NCBI GenBank assembly: GCA_947624165.1
Contig: CANQJC010000006.1
Location: 14,861 to 78,860 of the forward strand
Reading direction: 5' to 3'
Source of the DNA: an uncultured Clostridia bacterium
GTDB lineage: Bacteria > Bacillota > Clostridia > UBA1381
Length of the DNA stretch: 64,000 nt
The notes below the pieces were generated by a model that saw only the letters and a program-made list of their open reading frames with translations, was not told the DNA's origin and ran no database searches. How positions within the stretch are numbered: the first letter of the stretch is position 1; every line of letters starts with the position of its first letter. Position numbers and translations under genes: made by a program. Positions 20,233 through 30,519 of this stretch are shown piece by piece.

Positions 20233-20835
20233 ATGATTGCTGTTATAGATTACGGAGCGGGAAATCTGCACAGCGTGAAAAACGCGCTCGATTTCATCGG
20301 CGCGGACAGCGTTGTGACGAGCGACCCCTCGGAAATAGCAAAAGCCGGCAAGGTCATTCTTCCCGGGGTGGGCGCGTTCGGCGACGCTATGAGAAGTCTT
20401 GAAAAATCGGGTCTTGACAAAGCCGTTATCGAAACGGCAAAGAGCGGCAAGCCGCTTTTGGGCATTTGTCTTGGACTTCAGCTTATGTTCGAGAAAAGCG
20501 AGGAATCCCCCGACGCGGAGGGGCTCGGCATCTTCAAAGGGAGGATAGTGAAAATTCCCGACCGAGGACTGAAAATTCCGCATATGGGCTGGAACGATCT
20601 GACGTTTACGAAGGAAAGCCGTATTTTAAATGATATCGGCGAAAGCCCGTTTGTATATTTCGTTCACTCGTATTACCTGTGCGCCGAGGACGAGAGCATC
20701 GTTTCGGCTTACACGGAATACGGAGAGCGGCTTGATATTGCGGTCGAGCGCGGCAACGTGTTCGCGACGCAGTTTCACCCCGAAAAGAGCGGCGGCGCGG
20801 GCATGAAAATACTTAAAAATTTTGCGGAGCTTTAA
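20233..20835 (+). CDS. hisH: Imidazole glycerol phosphate synthase glutaminase subunit
   Basis: [35 protein letters not shown]. Confidence 0.96.
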   Translation: MIAVIDYGAGNLHSVKNALDFIGADSVVTSDPSEIAKAGKVILPGVGAFGDAMRSLEKSGLDKAVIETAKSGKPLLGICLGLQLMFEKSEESPDAEGLGIFKGRIVKIPDRGLKIPHMGWNDLTFTKESRILNDIGESPFVYFVHSYYLCAEDESIVSAYTEYGERLDIAVERGNVFATQFHPEKSGGAGMKILKNFAEL

Positions 20836-20846
20836 GGAGTAAATTT

Positions 20847-21605
20847 ATGTACGCAAAGAGAATAATCCCTTGCCTTGACGTGAAAAACGGCAGAGTGGTA
20901 AAGGGAGTTAATTTTGTAAATCTGACGGACGCGGGCGATCCCGTGGAATGTGCGGCGGTCTACGACAAAGCCGGCGCGGACGAGCTTGTTTTTCTCGACA
21001 TAACCGCCTCGTCCGATGCGCGCGATACCGTAGTCGATATGGTCGAAGCGGTGGCGCGGAAGGTGTTCATACCGTTCACCGTCGGCGGCGGCATACGTAC
21101 CGTCGAGGATTTTCGCCGCATTTTAAACGCGGGCGCGGACAAGGTTTCGGTAAATTCGGCGGCGGTTAAGCGTCCCGAGCTTATCAGCGAAGCCGCCGAG
21201 AAATTCGGCAGTCAGTGCGTCGTGTGCGCGATCGACGCGAAACGCAGAGACGGCGGCGGCTGGGACGTGTATCTCAACGGCGGCAGAGTAAACGCCGGCA
21301 TAGACGCGCTCGAATGGGCGAAGAAAGCCGAAGCACTCGGCGCGGGCGAGATACTTCTGACAAGCATGGACTGCGACGGAACGAAAGCCGGATATGATAT
21401 CGAGCTTACAAGAGCGGTCAGCGAAAACGCGAAGATACCCGTGATAGCCTCCGGCGGCGCGGGAACGATGGAGCATTTTCTCGACGCGTTTCGCTTGGGA
21501 AAAGCCGACGCGGTTTTAGCCGCGAGCCTATTCCATTTCAGAGAGATAGAGATCATGGATTTGAAACGCTATTTAGCCGCCAACGGCGAAAGTGTGCGAA
21601 TGTAG
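20847..21605 (+). CDS. hisF: Imidazole glycerol phosphate synthase cyclase subunit
   Basis: [42 protein letters not shown]. Confidence 0.97.
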   Translation: MYAKRIIPCLDVKNGRVVKGVNFVNLTDAGDPVECAAVYDKAGADELVFLDITASSDARDTVVDMVEAVARKVFIPFTVGGGIRTVEDFRRILNAGADKVSVNSAAVKRPELISEAAEKFGSQCVVCAIDAKRRDGGGWDVYLNGGRVNAGIDALEWAKKAEALGAGEILLTSMDCDGTKAGYDIELTRAVSENAKIPVIASGGAGTMEHFLDAFRLGKADAVLAASLFHFREIEIMDLKRYLAANGESVRM

Positions 21606-21666
21606 GGGCGACCCTTGCGGCAGCCCGTAACACACGCACACCGTAGGGGCGGTCATCGGCCGCCCG
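21602..21666 (+). repeat. Two tandem GTAG-type REP-like palindromes
   Basis: GTAGGGGCGACCCTTGCGGCAGCCCG (21602-21627) and GTAGGGGCGGTCATCGGCCGCCCG (21643-21666). Confidence 0.7.
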
Positions 21667-21696
21667 CCAATATTCCCACATGAAAGGAACCCCAAA

Positions 21697-22122
21697 ATGA
21701 GCAAAAAACAAAGAAGAAAAACACTCGCTCCGAAGGAGAGCATAGTTAAAAAAGGCGAATTCAGCGTCGACGATTCGAAAATATATATAATCCTTACGAT
21801 AATCATGTTCCACATCGTTCCGCTCGCGCTTGTCATGGCGGGAAAAAACGGACAGGACGTGCTGCTCGTGACGTTCATGATGATGCTCAACCCCATCTTC
21901 GTCGCACTCACGGGTCTCATATACGGTATAAAAAAGGGCTACAATTTCAAATTCCCGCTTTTTATGGGCGTTATAGCGGCGATCTCCATACCGATGTACT
22001 ATAATTTCGAATCGGCTTCGTATATGCTGCAAACCTTTATGGTTATGACGGCGGTATACATTATTTTTTCGTTCGTATCGACGTTTGTCGGCGCGTTCAT
22101 AAAAAAACTCATGAGAATATGA
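21697..22122 (+). CDS. Hypothetical membrane protein (about 4 TM)
   Basis: Hydrophobic segments, RBS AAAGGA, overlaps the next gene. Confidence 0.75.
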   Translation: MSKKQRRKTLAPKESIVKKGEFSVDDSKIYIILTIIMFHIVPLALVMAGKNGQDVLLVTFMMMLNPIFVALTGLIYGIKKGYNFKFPLFMGVIAAISIPMYYNFESASYMLQTFMVMTAVYIIFSFVSTFVGAFIKKLMRI

Positions 22123-22133
22123 CGGAGGGAAAC

Positions 22134-22634
22134 ATGGAAGAGGAAAAGCTGTTCGGCGCGCTCACGACTATGTCGCCGGTGATTTACAGAGACTTTTACA
22201 AGCTGTATTACAAAGAAAGACTGAAGACGTTTAACGCGGTCGCCGCGGTCGCCGCCGCCGCGCTTATCATAGGAGGATTCGCAGTATACGTAAAAGGGCT
22301 TCCCGTCGTGTGGACGGTCCTGATGATGTGGGTCGGCGCGTTTTTGCTCGTGTATCCGCGCGTCGCGTACAAAAAACCGTACAAAAAGGCGCGCGACATA
22401 AAACAAACGACGCGTTTTTCGTTTTACGAAACGCACGTCGCCGAAAAGACCAACTCGCAGGAAACGGATTACAAGTATTCCGATCTTATGAAAATTTTGG
22501 AAACGAACAATTATTTCTTTATATTTCATACGATAGAGAGCATAAGCATCGTAGACAAGGAAAATGTAAAGGGCGGCGCGGAAGAACTCGCCGAATTTCT
22601 GAAACAAAAAACAACGTATAAACGCATAAAATAA
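22134..22634 (+). CDS. YcxB-like membrane protein
   Basis: Two TM helices followed by YSDLMKILETNNYFFIF..SIVDK YcxB-type C-terminus. Confidence 0.75.
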   Translation: MEEEKLFGALTTMSPVIYRDFYKLYYKERLKTFNAVAAVAAAALIIGGFAVYVKGLPVVWTVLMMWVGAFLLVYPRVAYKKPYKKARDIKQTTRFSFYETHVAEKTNSQETDYKYSDLMKILETNNYFFIFHTIESISIVDKENVKGGAEELAEFLKQKTTYKRIK

Positions 22635-22738
22635 AAACCGCCCCTCGGGGCGGTTTTTCATATTCGCCGTTAATGATTAAAATAACCGCGTCCGACATAT
22701 AATAAGTAGAAGAAAAATTATTTTTCGGAGGTGCGGTC

Positions 22739-23155
22739 ATGGGCGGTTTTTTAAAATATCTTTTTCTTTTTTCGTTCGGAGGAATAGTATATATACTCAT
22801 AGAACTTCTCTGGCGCGGATATTCGCACTGGAGCATGTTTGTTCTCGGCGGGGCATGCTTCCTGCTCCTGGGACTTATAAACGAAAAATACACGTGGGAC
22901 ATTCCTCTCGTGCTCCAGATGCTTTTCGGCGCGTTCATAATCACGGCGATGGAATTCGCCGCTGGATGCGTTTTGAACCTGTGGCTCGGTCTCAACGTTT
23001 GGGATTACCGCTCGATACCGCTGAACATTCTGGGACAGGTTTGTCTGCCGTATATGATTTTGTGGTTTTTCCTAAGCCCCGTATGCATAATTACGGACGA
23101 CTACATGCGCTACCTGTTTTTTGACGAAGAAAAGCCGCATTACAGACTTTTCTAA
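22739..23155 (+). CDS. Putative ABC-transporter permease-like membrane protein (ABC_trans_CmpB-like)
   Basis: IELLWRGYSHWSMF, EFAAGCVLN..NVWDY..NILGQVCL. Confidence 0.8.
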   Translation: MGGFLKYLFLFSFGGIVYILIELLWRGYSHWSMFVLGGACFLLLGLINEKYTWDIPLVLQMLFGAFIITAMEFAAGCVLNLWLGLNVWDYRSIPLNILGQVCLPYMILWFFLSPVCIITDDYMRYLFFDEEKPHYRLF

Positions 23156-24105
23156 ACGACGCTCATAATATAATAACACAGCGGCAAAGTAAGAAGCCCG
23201 AGCGCGTGCGTGATGAACACGCCCTCCGCGCAGTAATTCACGTCGCCGCCGTATTCCGTCGCAAGCACGACAAGCACCGTCGACGCGGGCATTCCCGCCT
23301 GGAGGATTATGACCGCGCTCACCATTTCGCCGAGATTCAAAAACCGCAGTATGAATATCAAAACGACGGGTACTATCACCATCTTCACAGCCGTCAGTAG
23401 AAACAGCAGACCGCGGCGGTATATATGCTTAAAGTCCACCGACGCGAGCGTGCCGCCGATAAAGAGCATCGACAGATATGTGGTCGTGGAGCCGATACCG
23501 TTGAGAACATTCGCGGCTATCCCGCTGAATTTGAACCCGAACGCCATCATAATAAACGCCGCCGTAAACGCGATCGTACCCGGATTCAAAAGCTTTGCAA
23601 GCTTTTTGAACGCCGGTATTTTTTTGCCGTCCGCTCTCGACTTTGACAGAGTGTAAACGCCGACGGTCCACAAAAACATATCGTTCGCCAGCTCGTAGAC
23701 GGCGGCGTACAAAAGTCCCTCCGCGCCGTATATCGCTTCTATCAGAGGAAACGCCATAAACACGACGTTCCCGAAGCACGTCATACACCTGTACATACTT
23801 TCCTTCGGCGCGTCGAGCCGCGCGGACTTCGATATGACGGTGCCGACGATATACAACACCGCTACGACGGCGGCGGATACAAGAAGCACATGGACGGAAT
23901 TTATAAGCTTTTCCGCGTCGAATTCTATACTTGTCAGCGACATGACGACAAGTATCGGCAGCGTCACGCGTACAATTATTTTCGAAAGCCCGTTTTTTTC
24001 CGCTTCGGTTATGTACCCCGTTTTTACGCACACAAAACCTATCAGCATAGCCAGACCGAGCGTCAGTATATTGTTTATTATCGTATCGAATCCCTGCATT
24101 TTCAC
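23152..24105 (-). CDS. AEC family (auxin efflux carrier-like) transporter
   Basis: About 10 TM; FGNVVFMAFP, LLNPG, LQAGMPA. Confidence 0.88.
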   Translation of the reverse strand: MKMQGFDTIINNILTLGLAMLIGFVCVKTGYITEAEKNGLSKIIVRVTLPILVVMSLTSIEFDAEKLINSVHVLLVSAAVVAVLYIVGTVISKSARLDAPKESMYRCMTCFGNVVFMAFPLIEAIYGAEGLLYAAVYELANDMFLWTVGVYTLSKSRADGKKIPAFKKLAKLLNPGTIAFTAAFIMMAFGFKFSGIAANVLNGIGSTTTYLSMLFIGGTLASVDFKHIYRRGLLFLLTAVKMVIVPVVLIFILRFLNLGEMVSAVIILQAGMPASTVLVVLATEYGGDVNYCAEGVFITHALGLLTLPLCYYIMSVV

Positions 24106-24112
24106 GCCCTCC

Positions 24113-24658
24113 TCAGTTTCGGGAATATATTTCGCGTTTGAGAACGCCTATATACGGCAGCGTGCGGAACCTTTCGTCGTAATCCATTCCGTAACCGACC
24201 ACAAATTCGTCGGGGATCTCTATCCCCGTATATTTTACGCGAACGTCCGACAGCCGCCGCGCGGGCTTCGAGAGCAGCGTACACACCTCGACGCGCGCGC
24301 CGCGCTTTTCCATGAGCGCGACTATTTCTTTGAGCGTGTTGCCGCTGTCTATTATATCCTCCGCGATTATCACGTCCCTGCCGCGCAGATCCGTCTCCGT
24401 ATCTTTGATAATTTTTATGTCCCCTTGTGAAACGCATCCGCTTCCGTAGCTTGAGACCTGCATAAATTCCAAAGTGACGTCGATTTGCAGCCGGCGCATA
24501 AGGTCGGACGCGAAAACCGCGCCGCCCTTCAGTATCGCTGTCAAGACGACGCTCTTGTTTTTGTAATCGTTGTTTATGCGCTCGGCAAGCACGCCGACGG
24601 TATCGCTTATTGTTTTTTCGTCGATAAGGACTCTTTCAATTTCTTCTATCATTATCAT
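24113..24658 (-). CDS. hpt: Hypoxanthine phosphoribosyltransferase
   Basis: ILKGG, VSSYG, IIAEDIIDSGNTL, FVVGYGMDY. Confidence 0.95.
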   Translation of the reverse strand: MIMIEEIERVLIDEKTISDTVGVLAERINNDYKNKSVVLTAILKGGAVFASDLMRRLQIDVTLEFMQVSSYGSGCVSQGDIKIIKDTETDLRGRDVIIAEDIIDSGNTLKEIVALMEKRGARVEVCTLLSKPARRLSDVRVKYTGIEIPDEFVVGYGMDYDERFRTLPYIGVLKREIYSRN

Positions 24659-24776
24659 CACATTCTCCGAATTATTGTTCATTGTCTATTCTACCATAAA
24701 TTTCTCGATATTTTAATAGAAAAAGCGAAAAAAATTTGTTTTTTCGGAAAAAATATTACGTGCGGAGGTGGTTTAT

Positions 24777-26039
24777 GTGAAAAAAATAATTATTTTGACG
24801 TTTTTTATACTTATTTGCGTTAACGGCGCGGCATACGCCTCCGAGCAATTCGACAAGGTCCTGACGGACGAGATAGGCGAGTACGGCGTTCTTGACGGCG
24901 GCGAGGGGATAATTTACGCCGCCGAGAAAAATTTTGAAGGCGGAGACTCGCTTCTAATAATACGCGCCGCGTCCGAATCGCTTATATGCGAGGTCTATGA
25001 CGACGCGGACGGCATACAGCTTACCGACAGTCTCGAAATCGACTGCTCCGGCGGCGGCGCGTACCGTCTTGCCGTGCAGAACGCGGACGGACGCGATTTT
25101 CTGCTTCTTGTCTCCGAGGTGAACGGAACGGTAAAAAACGAGGTTTTCACAATGGAAAACGACGCTTTCAAACGTATTTCGGATACAAATCGCGCCGATG
25201 CGGAATACATCGCGGGATTCGAAAACGGAGAAGCGAAAGCGTATACGCCGACGGAAAACGTGTACGCCTTTCTGAACGATTTAAGAGAGGAAACCGTCGC
25301 TTCGTACACGTTCGCGAACAGGATAAACAGCCTGTCGGCCGACGAGGAGGAGAAAATAAAAAGAACGCTTTCGGCGTGCGCCGACGTTATGCGCTTCGAC
25401 ATAAAAAATTACGATTACGACACGCTGTTTAAATATATCCTGTACACGCATAAAAATTTCGCCGTGCTGACCGACATACCCTCCGGCTCCTCAAAGAGCA
25501 GCTCGCTCGGCTATAACAACGTGTCGATAGTAAGGAGCGAATATATAGATTACGTAATGGAAAATATTTTTCGGCTCACTCCCGAAAAACCGCCCGTAAA
25601 TAATTTGCTGAGCAGGGGCTTTTGTTACAGCGGCGGCTACTATTATTACACCGGCGGCTTCGACGTTTATTTCTCTACCGAGATACGCGCCCTGACCGCC
25701 GTGTACGACATGGGCGGCGGCGTGATTTTTGTCGTATTTTCCGATATATACAGCGAAGGGGACGCTAAAATTCCCGAATACAGCTTCGCCGTGCTTCAGA
25801 AAACGAGCGGGATATATTCGATCCTGCGATTGGGCATGGGAGAAAATCTCCCTCCCAAAGAGGAGATCCGCGCATATTCGCCGTTTTCGACATACGGCGG
25901 ATCGTCGTGGGACGGCGTTTCGTCGGAGGACGATTCCTTAAGCCGCAAATTTCTCCTGCCCGTGCTTCTGCTCGTAATATCTGTAGGAACCGTCGGTATC
26001 GTATGCAGCGTGGTTGTGCTTATAAAAAGCCGCCGATAA
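24777..26039 (+). CDS. Secreted, C-terminally membrane-anchored hypothetical protein
   Basis: Signal peptide KKIIILTFFILICVNGAAYA; C-terminal TM followed by KSRR. Confidence 0.8.
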   Translation: MKKIIILTFFILICVNGAAYASEQFDKVLTDEIGEYGVLDGGEGIIYAAEKNFEGGDSLLIIRAASESLICEVYDDADGIQLTDSLEIDCSGGGAYRLAVQNADGRDFLLLVSEVNGTVKNEVFTMENDAFKRISDTNRADAEYIAGFENGEAKAYTPTENVYAFLNDLREETVASYTFANRINSLSADEEEKIKRTLSACADVMRFDIKNYDYDTLFKYILYTHKNFAVLTDIPSGSSKSSSLGYNNVSIVRSEYIDYVMENIFRLTPEKPPVNNLLSRGFCYSGGYYYYTGGFDVYFSTEIRALTAVYDMGGGVIFVVFSDIYSEGDAKIPEYSFAVLQKTSGIYSILRLGMGENLPPKEEIRAYSPFSTYGGSSWDGVSSEDDSLSRKFLLPVLLLVISVGTVGIVCSVVVLIKSRR

Positions 26040-26052
26040 AACGCGATACGGC

Positions 26053-26124
26053 GGGGACACTAAAGGGACACTAAAATATATTTTTTTGGGGACACTAAAA
26101 TAACGGGGTCGCCCCCGTTATTTT
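26053..26124. repeat. Three GGG(G)ACACTAAA direct repeats merging into a bidirectional terminator hairpin
   Basis: Copies at 26053, 26065, 26088; hairpin TAAAATAACGGGG/CCCCGTTATTTTA at 26096-26124. Confidence 0.75.
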
Positions 26125-28244
26125 ACGGTCAGGATATCCTTGAGATATTCCTTCGTGTTTCCTCCGACCATAATTTCAAAATCGCCTTTTTCGACGACGT
26201 ATTCGAGACTTGGCGTGACTATGGAAAGTTCGTCGGCACTCAGACGGAACGTCACGGTTTTAGTGTCCCCGCTCTTTATAAATATTTTTTTGAAATTTTT
26301 CAATTCCATACGCGGAGTGAGGACCGAGCTTATAACGTCGTTTACGAACATCATGACCGTTTCTTTTCCGTCTCTTTCTCCCGCGTTCGTCACGTCGACG
26401 GACACGTCCGTAAAGCCGTCAACGGATATGACGTTTTGCGACAGACGAAGATTTGAATACACGTATTTCGTGTAGGACAGACCGTCTCCGAAATCGAAAG
26501 TGTTGCCGCCCTTTGTATCGACGTATCTGCCGCCGTGCCAGCCGTCGTACGAATTGTAGTAACACGGCGTCTGCGCGCTCAGCTCAGGGAAGGACACGCT
26601 CAGCTTGCCGCTCGGATTGTATTTTCCCGCGATAAGCTCCGCCGCCGCGAGACCGCCGAAGTCGCCGCCGTTAAACGTCTCAATGACAGCGTCGCAGTTG
26701 TCTTTAAGAAATGAAATGCAAAGCGGCTTACAGTTTACGAGCACGGCGATGAGCTTCCTGCCGGTTTCGCGGAGCTTTTTAATAAGCTCAAGCTGAAACC
26801 CGCTCAACGTAATATCCGCTCTGTCGCGGTATTCTCCGTTCTGCGCCGTCGAATCTCCCACGACGCATATTACCGCGTCCGCTTTTTTCGCCGCTTTCAC
26901 GGCTTTTTTTATGTCGTTTTCCGCGCCGAAAATATCACAGCCTTTTTCATAGATCACGCGGCGGTCCTTAAATACCTCGCGGACGCCGTCGAGTACGGTA
27001 TGGTATTCGCCCTGCGGCTGCGCGTCGTCCTTCGGTTCGGGGTGAGAGAAAAATGTCCAGTCTCCGTACTGCGCCCGTATGTCGTCGGCGTTCGGTCCCG
27101 TCACGGCTATCGTCTTAACGTCCTCGCCGAGCGGAAGCACTCCGTTGTTTTTGAGCAGAACGATGCTTTCTCTTGCCGTTTCGAGATTGATTTTTTTATG
27201 CTCGGCGCACCCGATAACTTTTTTGTCGGGACGCTCTTTGCCGTCGAAAAGACCGAGACGGAATTTGACGCGGAGTATTCGCCGTACCGCGTCGTCGATG
27301 AGACTTGTATGTATTTTTTTGTTCTTGACGAGGGACAGTAAACACTCGTAAAATTCGTGAGTGTTCATGCTCATGTCGTTGCCGGCTTCGACCGCCGCCT
27401 TTGTCGCGCCGCAAAGGTTGTCGGTAAAATGCTGATTTGTGACGAGCGAACGCACGTTTTCCCAGTCTGTCACGACAAAACCGCGAAAACCAAGCTCGTC
27501 CTTAAGTATTTCTCTTAAAATACGTCTGTTCGCCGTGAGCGGCGACGCGTCCACGGAGCCGTACGCCGTCATAACGGAGGAACAACCCGCCCGCACCGCT
27601 TTCTCAAACGGCGGCAGGAACACCTCGCGTATCTTCCTTTCTGTCACGGGACTGTCGTAAGCGTCTCTGCCGCCGGTCGCTTCGCCGTATGCTATGTAAT
27701 GCTTCGCGCACGAAATTATATAGCCGTCCTCCTCATACCCTTCCGTGATGGACCTGCCAAGCTCGCCGCAAAGATACGGGTCCTCGCCGAACGTCTCGTC
27801 CACGCGTCCCCAGCGCAGGTCCCGCGCAATGCACAGCACCGGGGAAAACGTCCAGTCAAGTCCGTCCGCGCATACCTCGCGCGCCGTAACGCGCCCCACA
27901 CCGCGTATAAGGTCTCGGTCAAAGCTGCACGACATCGCAAGCTGAGACGGGAACACGGTCGCGCCGTTTCGGAGCGCGTGACCGTGGATAGCGTCGATAC
28001 CGAATATCGGCGGTATTTTGAGCCGCGTTTTCGACGCTTTTTCGCGTATTTTATCGGCGTCGGAGCCGAGAACGTGCAAAAACGCGCCCACGCCCAAACG
28101 CTGGTATTTTTCGTAATCCTCGGGACTTAAAGTGTTGTAGCTTACCTGAAGCATCTGCGCGGCTTTTTCCTCAATACTCATGCGCGACAGCAGATCCTCG
28201 GCGCGCGCGTCCGCGTCCGCGGTTTTATCCTTGTAAAGCTCCAT
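26118..28244 (-). CDS. Glycoside hydrolase family 3 (beta-glucosidase/xylosidase, BglX-like)
   Basis: GIDAIHG, RWGRVDETFGEDP, CAKHY, GFVVTDW nucleophile, Fn3-like C-terminus. Confidence 0.94.
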   Translation of the reverse strand: MELYKDKTADADARAEDLLSRMSIEEKAAQMLQVSYNTLSPEDYEKYQRLGVGAFLHVLGSDADKIREKASKTRLKIPPIFGIDAIHGHALRNGATVFPSQLAMSCSFDRDLIRGVGRVTAREVCADGLDWTFSPVLCIARDLRWGRVDETFGEDPYLCGELGRSITEGYEEDGYIISCAKHYIAYGEATGGRDAYDSPVTERKIREVFLPPFEKAVRAGCSSVMTAYGSVDASPLTANRRILREILKDELGFRGFVVTDWENVRSLVTNQHFTDNLCGATKAAVEAGNDMSMNTHEFYECLLSLVKNKKIHTSLIDDAVRRILRVKFRLGLFDGKERPDKKVIGCAEHKKINLETARESIVLLKNNGVLPLGEDVKTIAVTGPNADDIRAQYGDWTFFSHPEPKDDAQPQGEYHTVLDGVREVFKDRRVIYEKGCDIFGAENDIKKAVKAAKKADAVICVVGDSTAQNGEYRDRADITLSGFQLELIKKLRETGRKLIAVLVNCKPLCISFLKDNCDAVIETFNGGDFGGLAAAELIAGKYNPSGKLSVSFPELSAQTPCYYNSYDGWHGGRYVDTKGGNTFDFGDGLSYTKYVYSNLRLSQNVISVDGFTDVSVDVTNAGERDGKETVMMFVNDVISSVLTPRMELKNFKKIFIKSGDTKTVTFRLSADELSIVTPSLEYVVEKGDFEIMVGGNTKEYLKDILTVK

Positions 28245-28416
28245 AACGACACCGCCTTTCTTTAATTAAAGTATAGTCTTTGAGATCCGTTTTGTCAATA
28301 TACGCGCCGACACGGCGCGGTTTATAAATATTTAATAATTTAATTAAGGCGTTACGGTTGACAAGCCCGAGCGGATTGGTATATTATAGAAACAGAAATT
28401 TACGGAGGCTGTAAAA

Positions 28417-29133
28417 ATGAGATTCATACTGTTTATAATAGGTCTTGCCCTGTCTGCGGACGGCTTGTATTACGGCGCGGTCACGGGCATGGGTATCGGC
28501 GAATCGCTCGTCGTTGCGATGGGCGTGGCGTTCATTTTGTGGAGCGTCGCTTACGACGCGGCGAAAAGAAACGGATTTTTAAAATTCCTAAAGCGGCTCT
28601 TTATATTCTGTATGACGCTTTTCGTCATATATTCGTGCGCCGTTTGCGTCGTGGGACGTATGGACAATGCCGATTATAACGAGAAGTATCTTATCGTTCC
28701 GGGAGCGGGTCTCAACGGGGACAAGCCCTCCGTCACGCTCGAAAACAGACTTGTAAAGGCGGCGGAATACCTTAACCGCAACGGTTCGGCAAAGGTGATA
28801 GTGTCGGGAGGACAAGGCGCGGACGAGGACGTACCCGAAGCGGCTGCCATGATGAACTATCTGGAGCTTCACGGAATACGTTCCGAGAGGATAATTCCCG
28901 AAGCCGAAGCGGAAAGCACATACGAGAATTTTGCATACAGCGTCCCTATGACGGACGGCTCGGACGCGGCGTTCATAACAAACGATTTTCATGTTGTGCG
29001 CGCGTCTATGATGGCAAAATTAAACGGCATGAACGCGAAGCATATCGCCGCACCCACGCCGCCGACACTCCTGCCCGTATGCTGCGCCCGTGAAATGGCG
29101 GCGCAGATAGCGAGCATTCGTTATTATTTCTGA
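28417..29133 (+). CDS. YdcF/DUF218 family protein
   Basis: VSGGQG..EAAAM, STYENF, TNDFHVVRA. Confidence 0.88.
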   Translation: MRFILFIIGLALSADGLYYGAVTGMGIGESLVVAMGVAFILWSVAYDAAKRNGFLKFLKRLFIFCMTLFVIYSCAVCVVGRMDNADYNEKYLIVPGAGLNGDKPSVTLENRLVKAAEYLNRNGSAKVIVSGGQGADEDVPEAAAMMNYLELHGIRSERIIPEAEAESTYENFAYSVPMTDGSDAAFITNDFHVVRASMMAKLNGMNAKHIAAPTPPTLLPVCCAREMAAQIASIRYYF

Positions 29134-29750
29134 CGCTCCGACGCTTCCGCTTTCGAATACGCGCAGCCGCAGTAATTCTGGCGGTACAGCCCGTACACGG
29201 CTGAAAGCTCGCAGGAGCGTTTGTAGCCGCCGCGTTTTTTGAAATCGGAAAACAAATACGGCACGCCGTATATCCCGCTAAGCGACGCGCCTATTTCGTT
29301 GAGCGCGTCCGCTTTCTTGAGCGGGCTTATCGAAAGAGTTGTGGTAAAGTAGTCGAAGCCGCCCTTCTGGGCGGCTTTCGCCGTTTCTTCAAGACGCAGA
29401 CGGTAGCATTTCATACACCTTTCGCCGCCCTCCTTCGCGTCCTCAAGTCCCTTGGATATTTCACGAAACCGCTCCGCTTCGTACTTTCCCTCGATAAATT
29501 TTACCGCGCGCTTTAAGGGCATTTCGGCGATAAGGCGTTTCTGCTCGGATACGCGCTTGTCAAATTCCTCCCTTGGGGATATATTCGGGTTATAGTAAAA
29601 AACCGTTATATCGAAGAAGTCCGAGAGATATTCCAGCACATACGAAGAACACGGCGCGCAGCAGCTGTGCAGCATAAGCGACGGAACGCGTCCCATGAGC
29701 TTTGTTTCTTCAAGCGTTTTGTCAAGTACGATCTGATAATTTTTTTTCAT
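29124..29750 (-). CDS. queH: Epoxyqueuosine reductase QueH
   Basis: LHSCCAPCS, YNPNI, ERCMKCY, YRQNYCGC. Confidence 0.93.
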   Translation of the reverse strand: MKKNYQIVLDKTLEETKLMGRVPSLMLHSCCAPCSSYVLEYLSDFFDITVFYYNPNISPREEFDKRVSEQKRLIAEMPLKRAVKFIEGKYEAERFREISKGLEDAKEGGERCMKCYRLRLEETAKAAQKGGFDYFTTTLSISPLKKADALNEIGASLSGIYGVPYLFSDFKKRGGYKRSCELSAVYGLYRQNYCGCAYSKAEASERQK

Positions 29751-30288
29751 TATATTTCTCCCGTATTTTATTTACCGCTTTCACCGACGCAATACCTATA
29801 ACTATGCCGATGAGCGCGCCCACCGCTGTGTCCGACGGAAAATGAACGTAAAGATAAAGCCTTGAAAACGAGATGAGCGCGGCCAGAACATACGCCGCCG
29901 TTCCGGCTTTTTTGTTATACGCAAATATAACTGCCGCCGCGGAAAAGGACGAAACGGCGTGTCCCGAGGGGAACGAAAAACGTCCCGACGGCACGCCTAT
30001 CAGAAGCCGATCCGCGCTCAAAAGCGCGCCGTCGGCGCAGAACGGGCGTTCGCGCGCGACAAGCCCCTTTAAAAGTATCGTCGAGAGGATAAGCCCCGCC
30101 GTGAGAGCTATACCGACAGCCGCTCCCGCATGACGCGTCTTTTTCCCGAAAAGCATAATCACCGCCGCGGCTATCCATACCGCGCCGCCGCTTCCGAGAT
30201 ATGTTACGAGCGGCATGATAAAATCGAGAAACGGTGTGCGCAGCCCTTGAATCGCGTTTAAAATCGTCAAATCCGTTTGCGTTATCAT
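29722..30288 (-). CDS. PAP2 family phosphatase
   Basis: K..VARERP, SFPSGH, SRLYLYVHFPSD. Confidence 0.92.
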   Translation of the reverse strand: MITQTDLTILNAIQGLRTPFLDFIMPLVTYLGSGGAVWIAAAVIMLFGKKTRHAGAAVGIALTAGLILSTILLKGLVARERPFCADGALLSADRLLIGVPSGRFSFPSGHAVSSFSAAAVIFAYNKKAGTAAYVLAALISFSRLYLYVHFPSDTAVGALIGIVIGIASVKAVNKIREKYNEKKLSDRT

Positions 30289-30368
30289 AATTTTGTCTCC
30301 GTAAATGATTTACTTAATTTTAACATAACTTTTTACCGTTGTAAACCGTTATGCGAAATAAAAAATTC

Positions 30369-30491
30369 TTGACAAACGCGAAACGCGTGTGATATACTTC
30401 AACCCGCAGAACGACGACACACGTATTACCGAAAGGGTATGTAAATCTGATCACGGAACGTACTCATTTACGGTGATATGTGTATTTTTTT
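30369..30491 (+). promoter_or_regulatory. sigmaA-like promoter plus structured leader (candidate attenuator)
   Basis: TTGACA(30369)-18-TATACT with TG extension; long hairpin 30419-30483 followed by A and T7. Confidence 0.55.
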
Positions 30492-30519
30492 GCGAAAAAA
30501 AAGAAAAGGAGAAGAAAAT

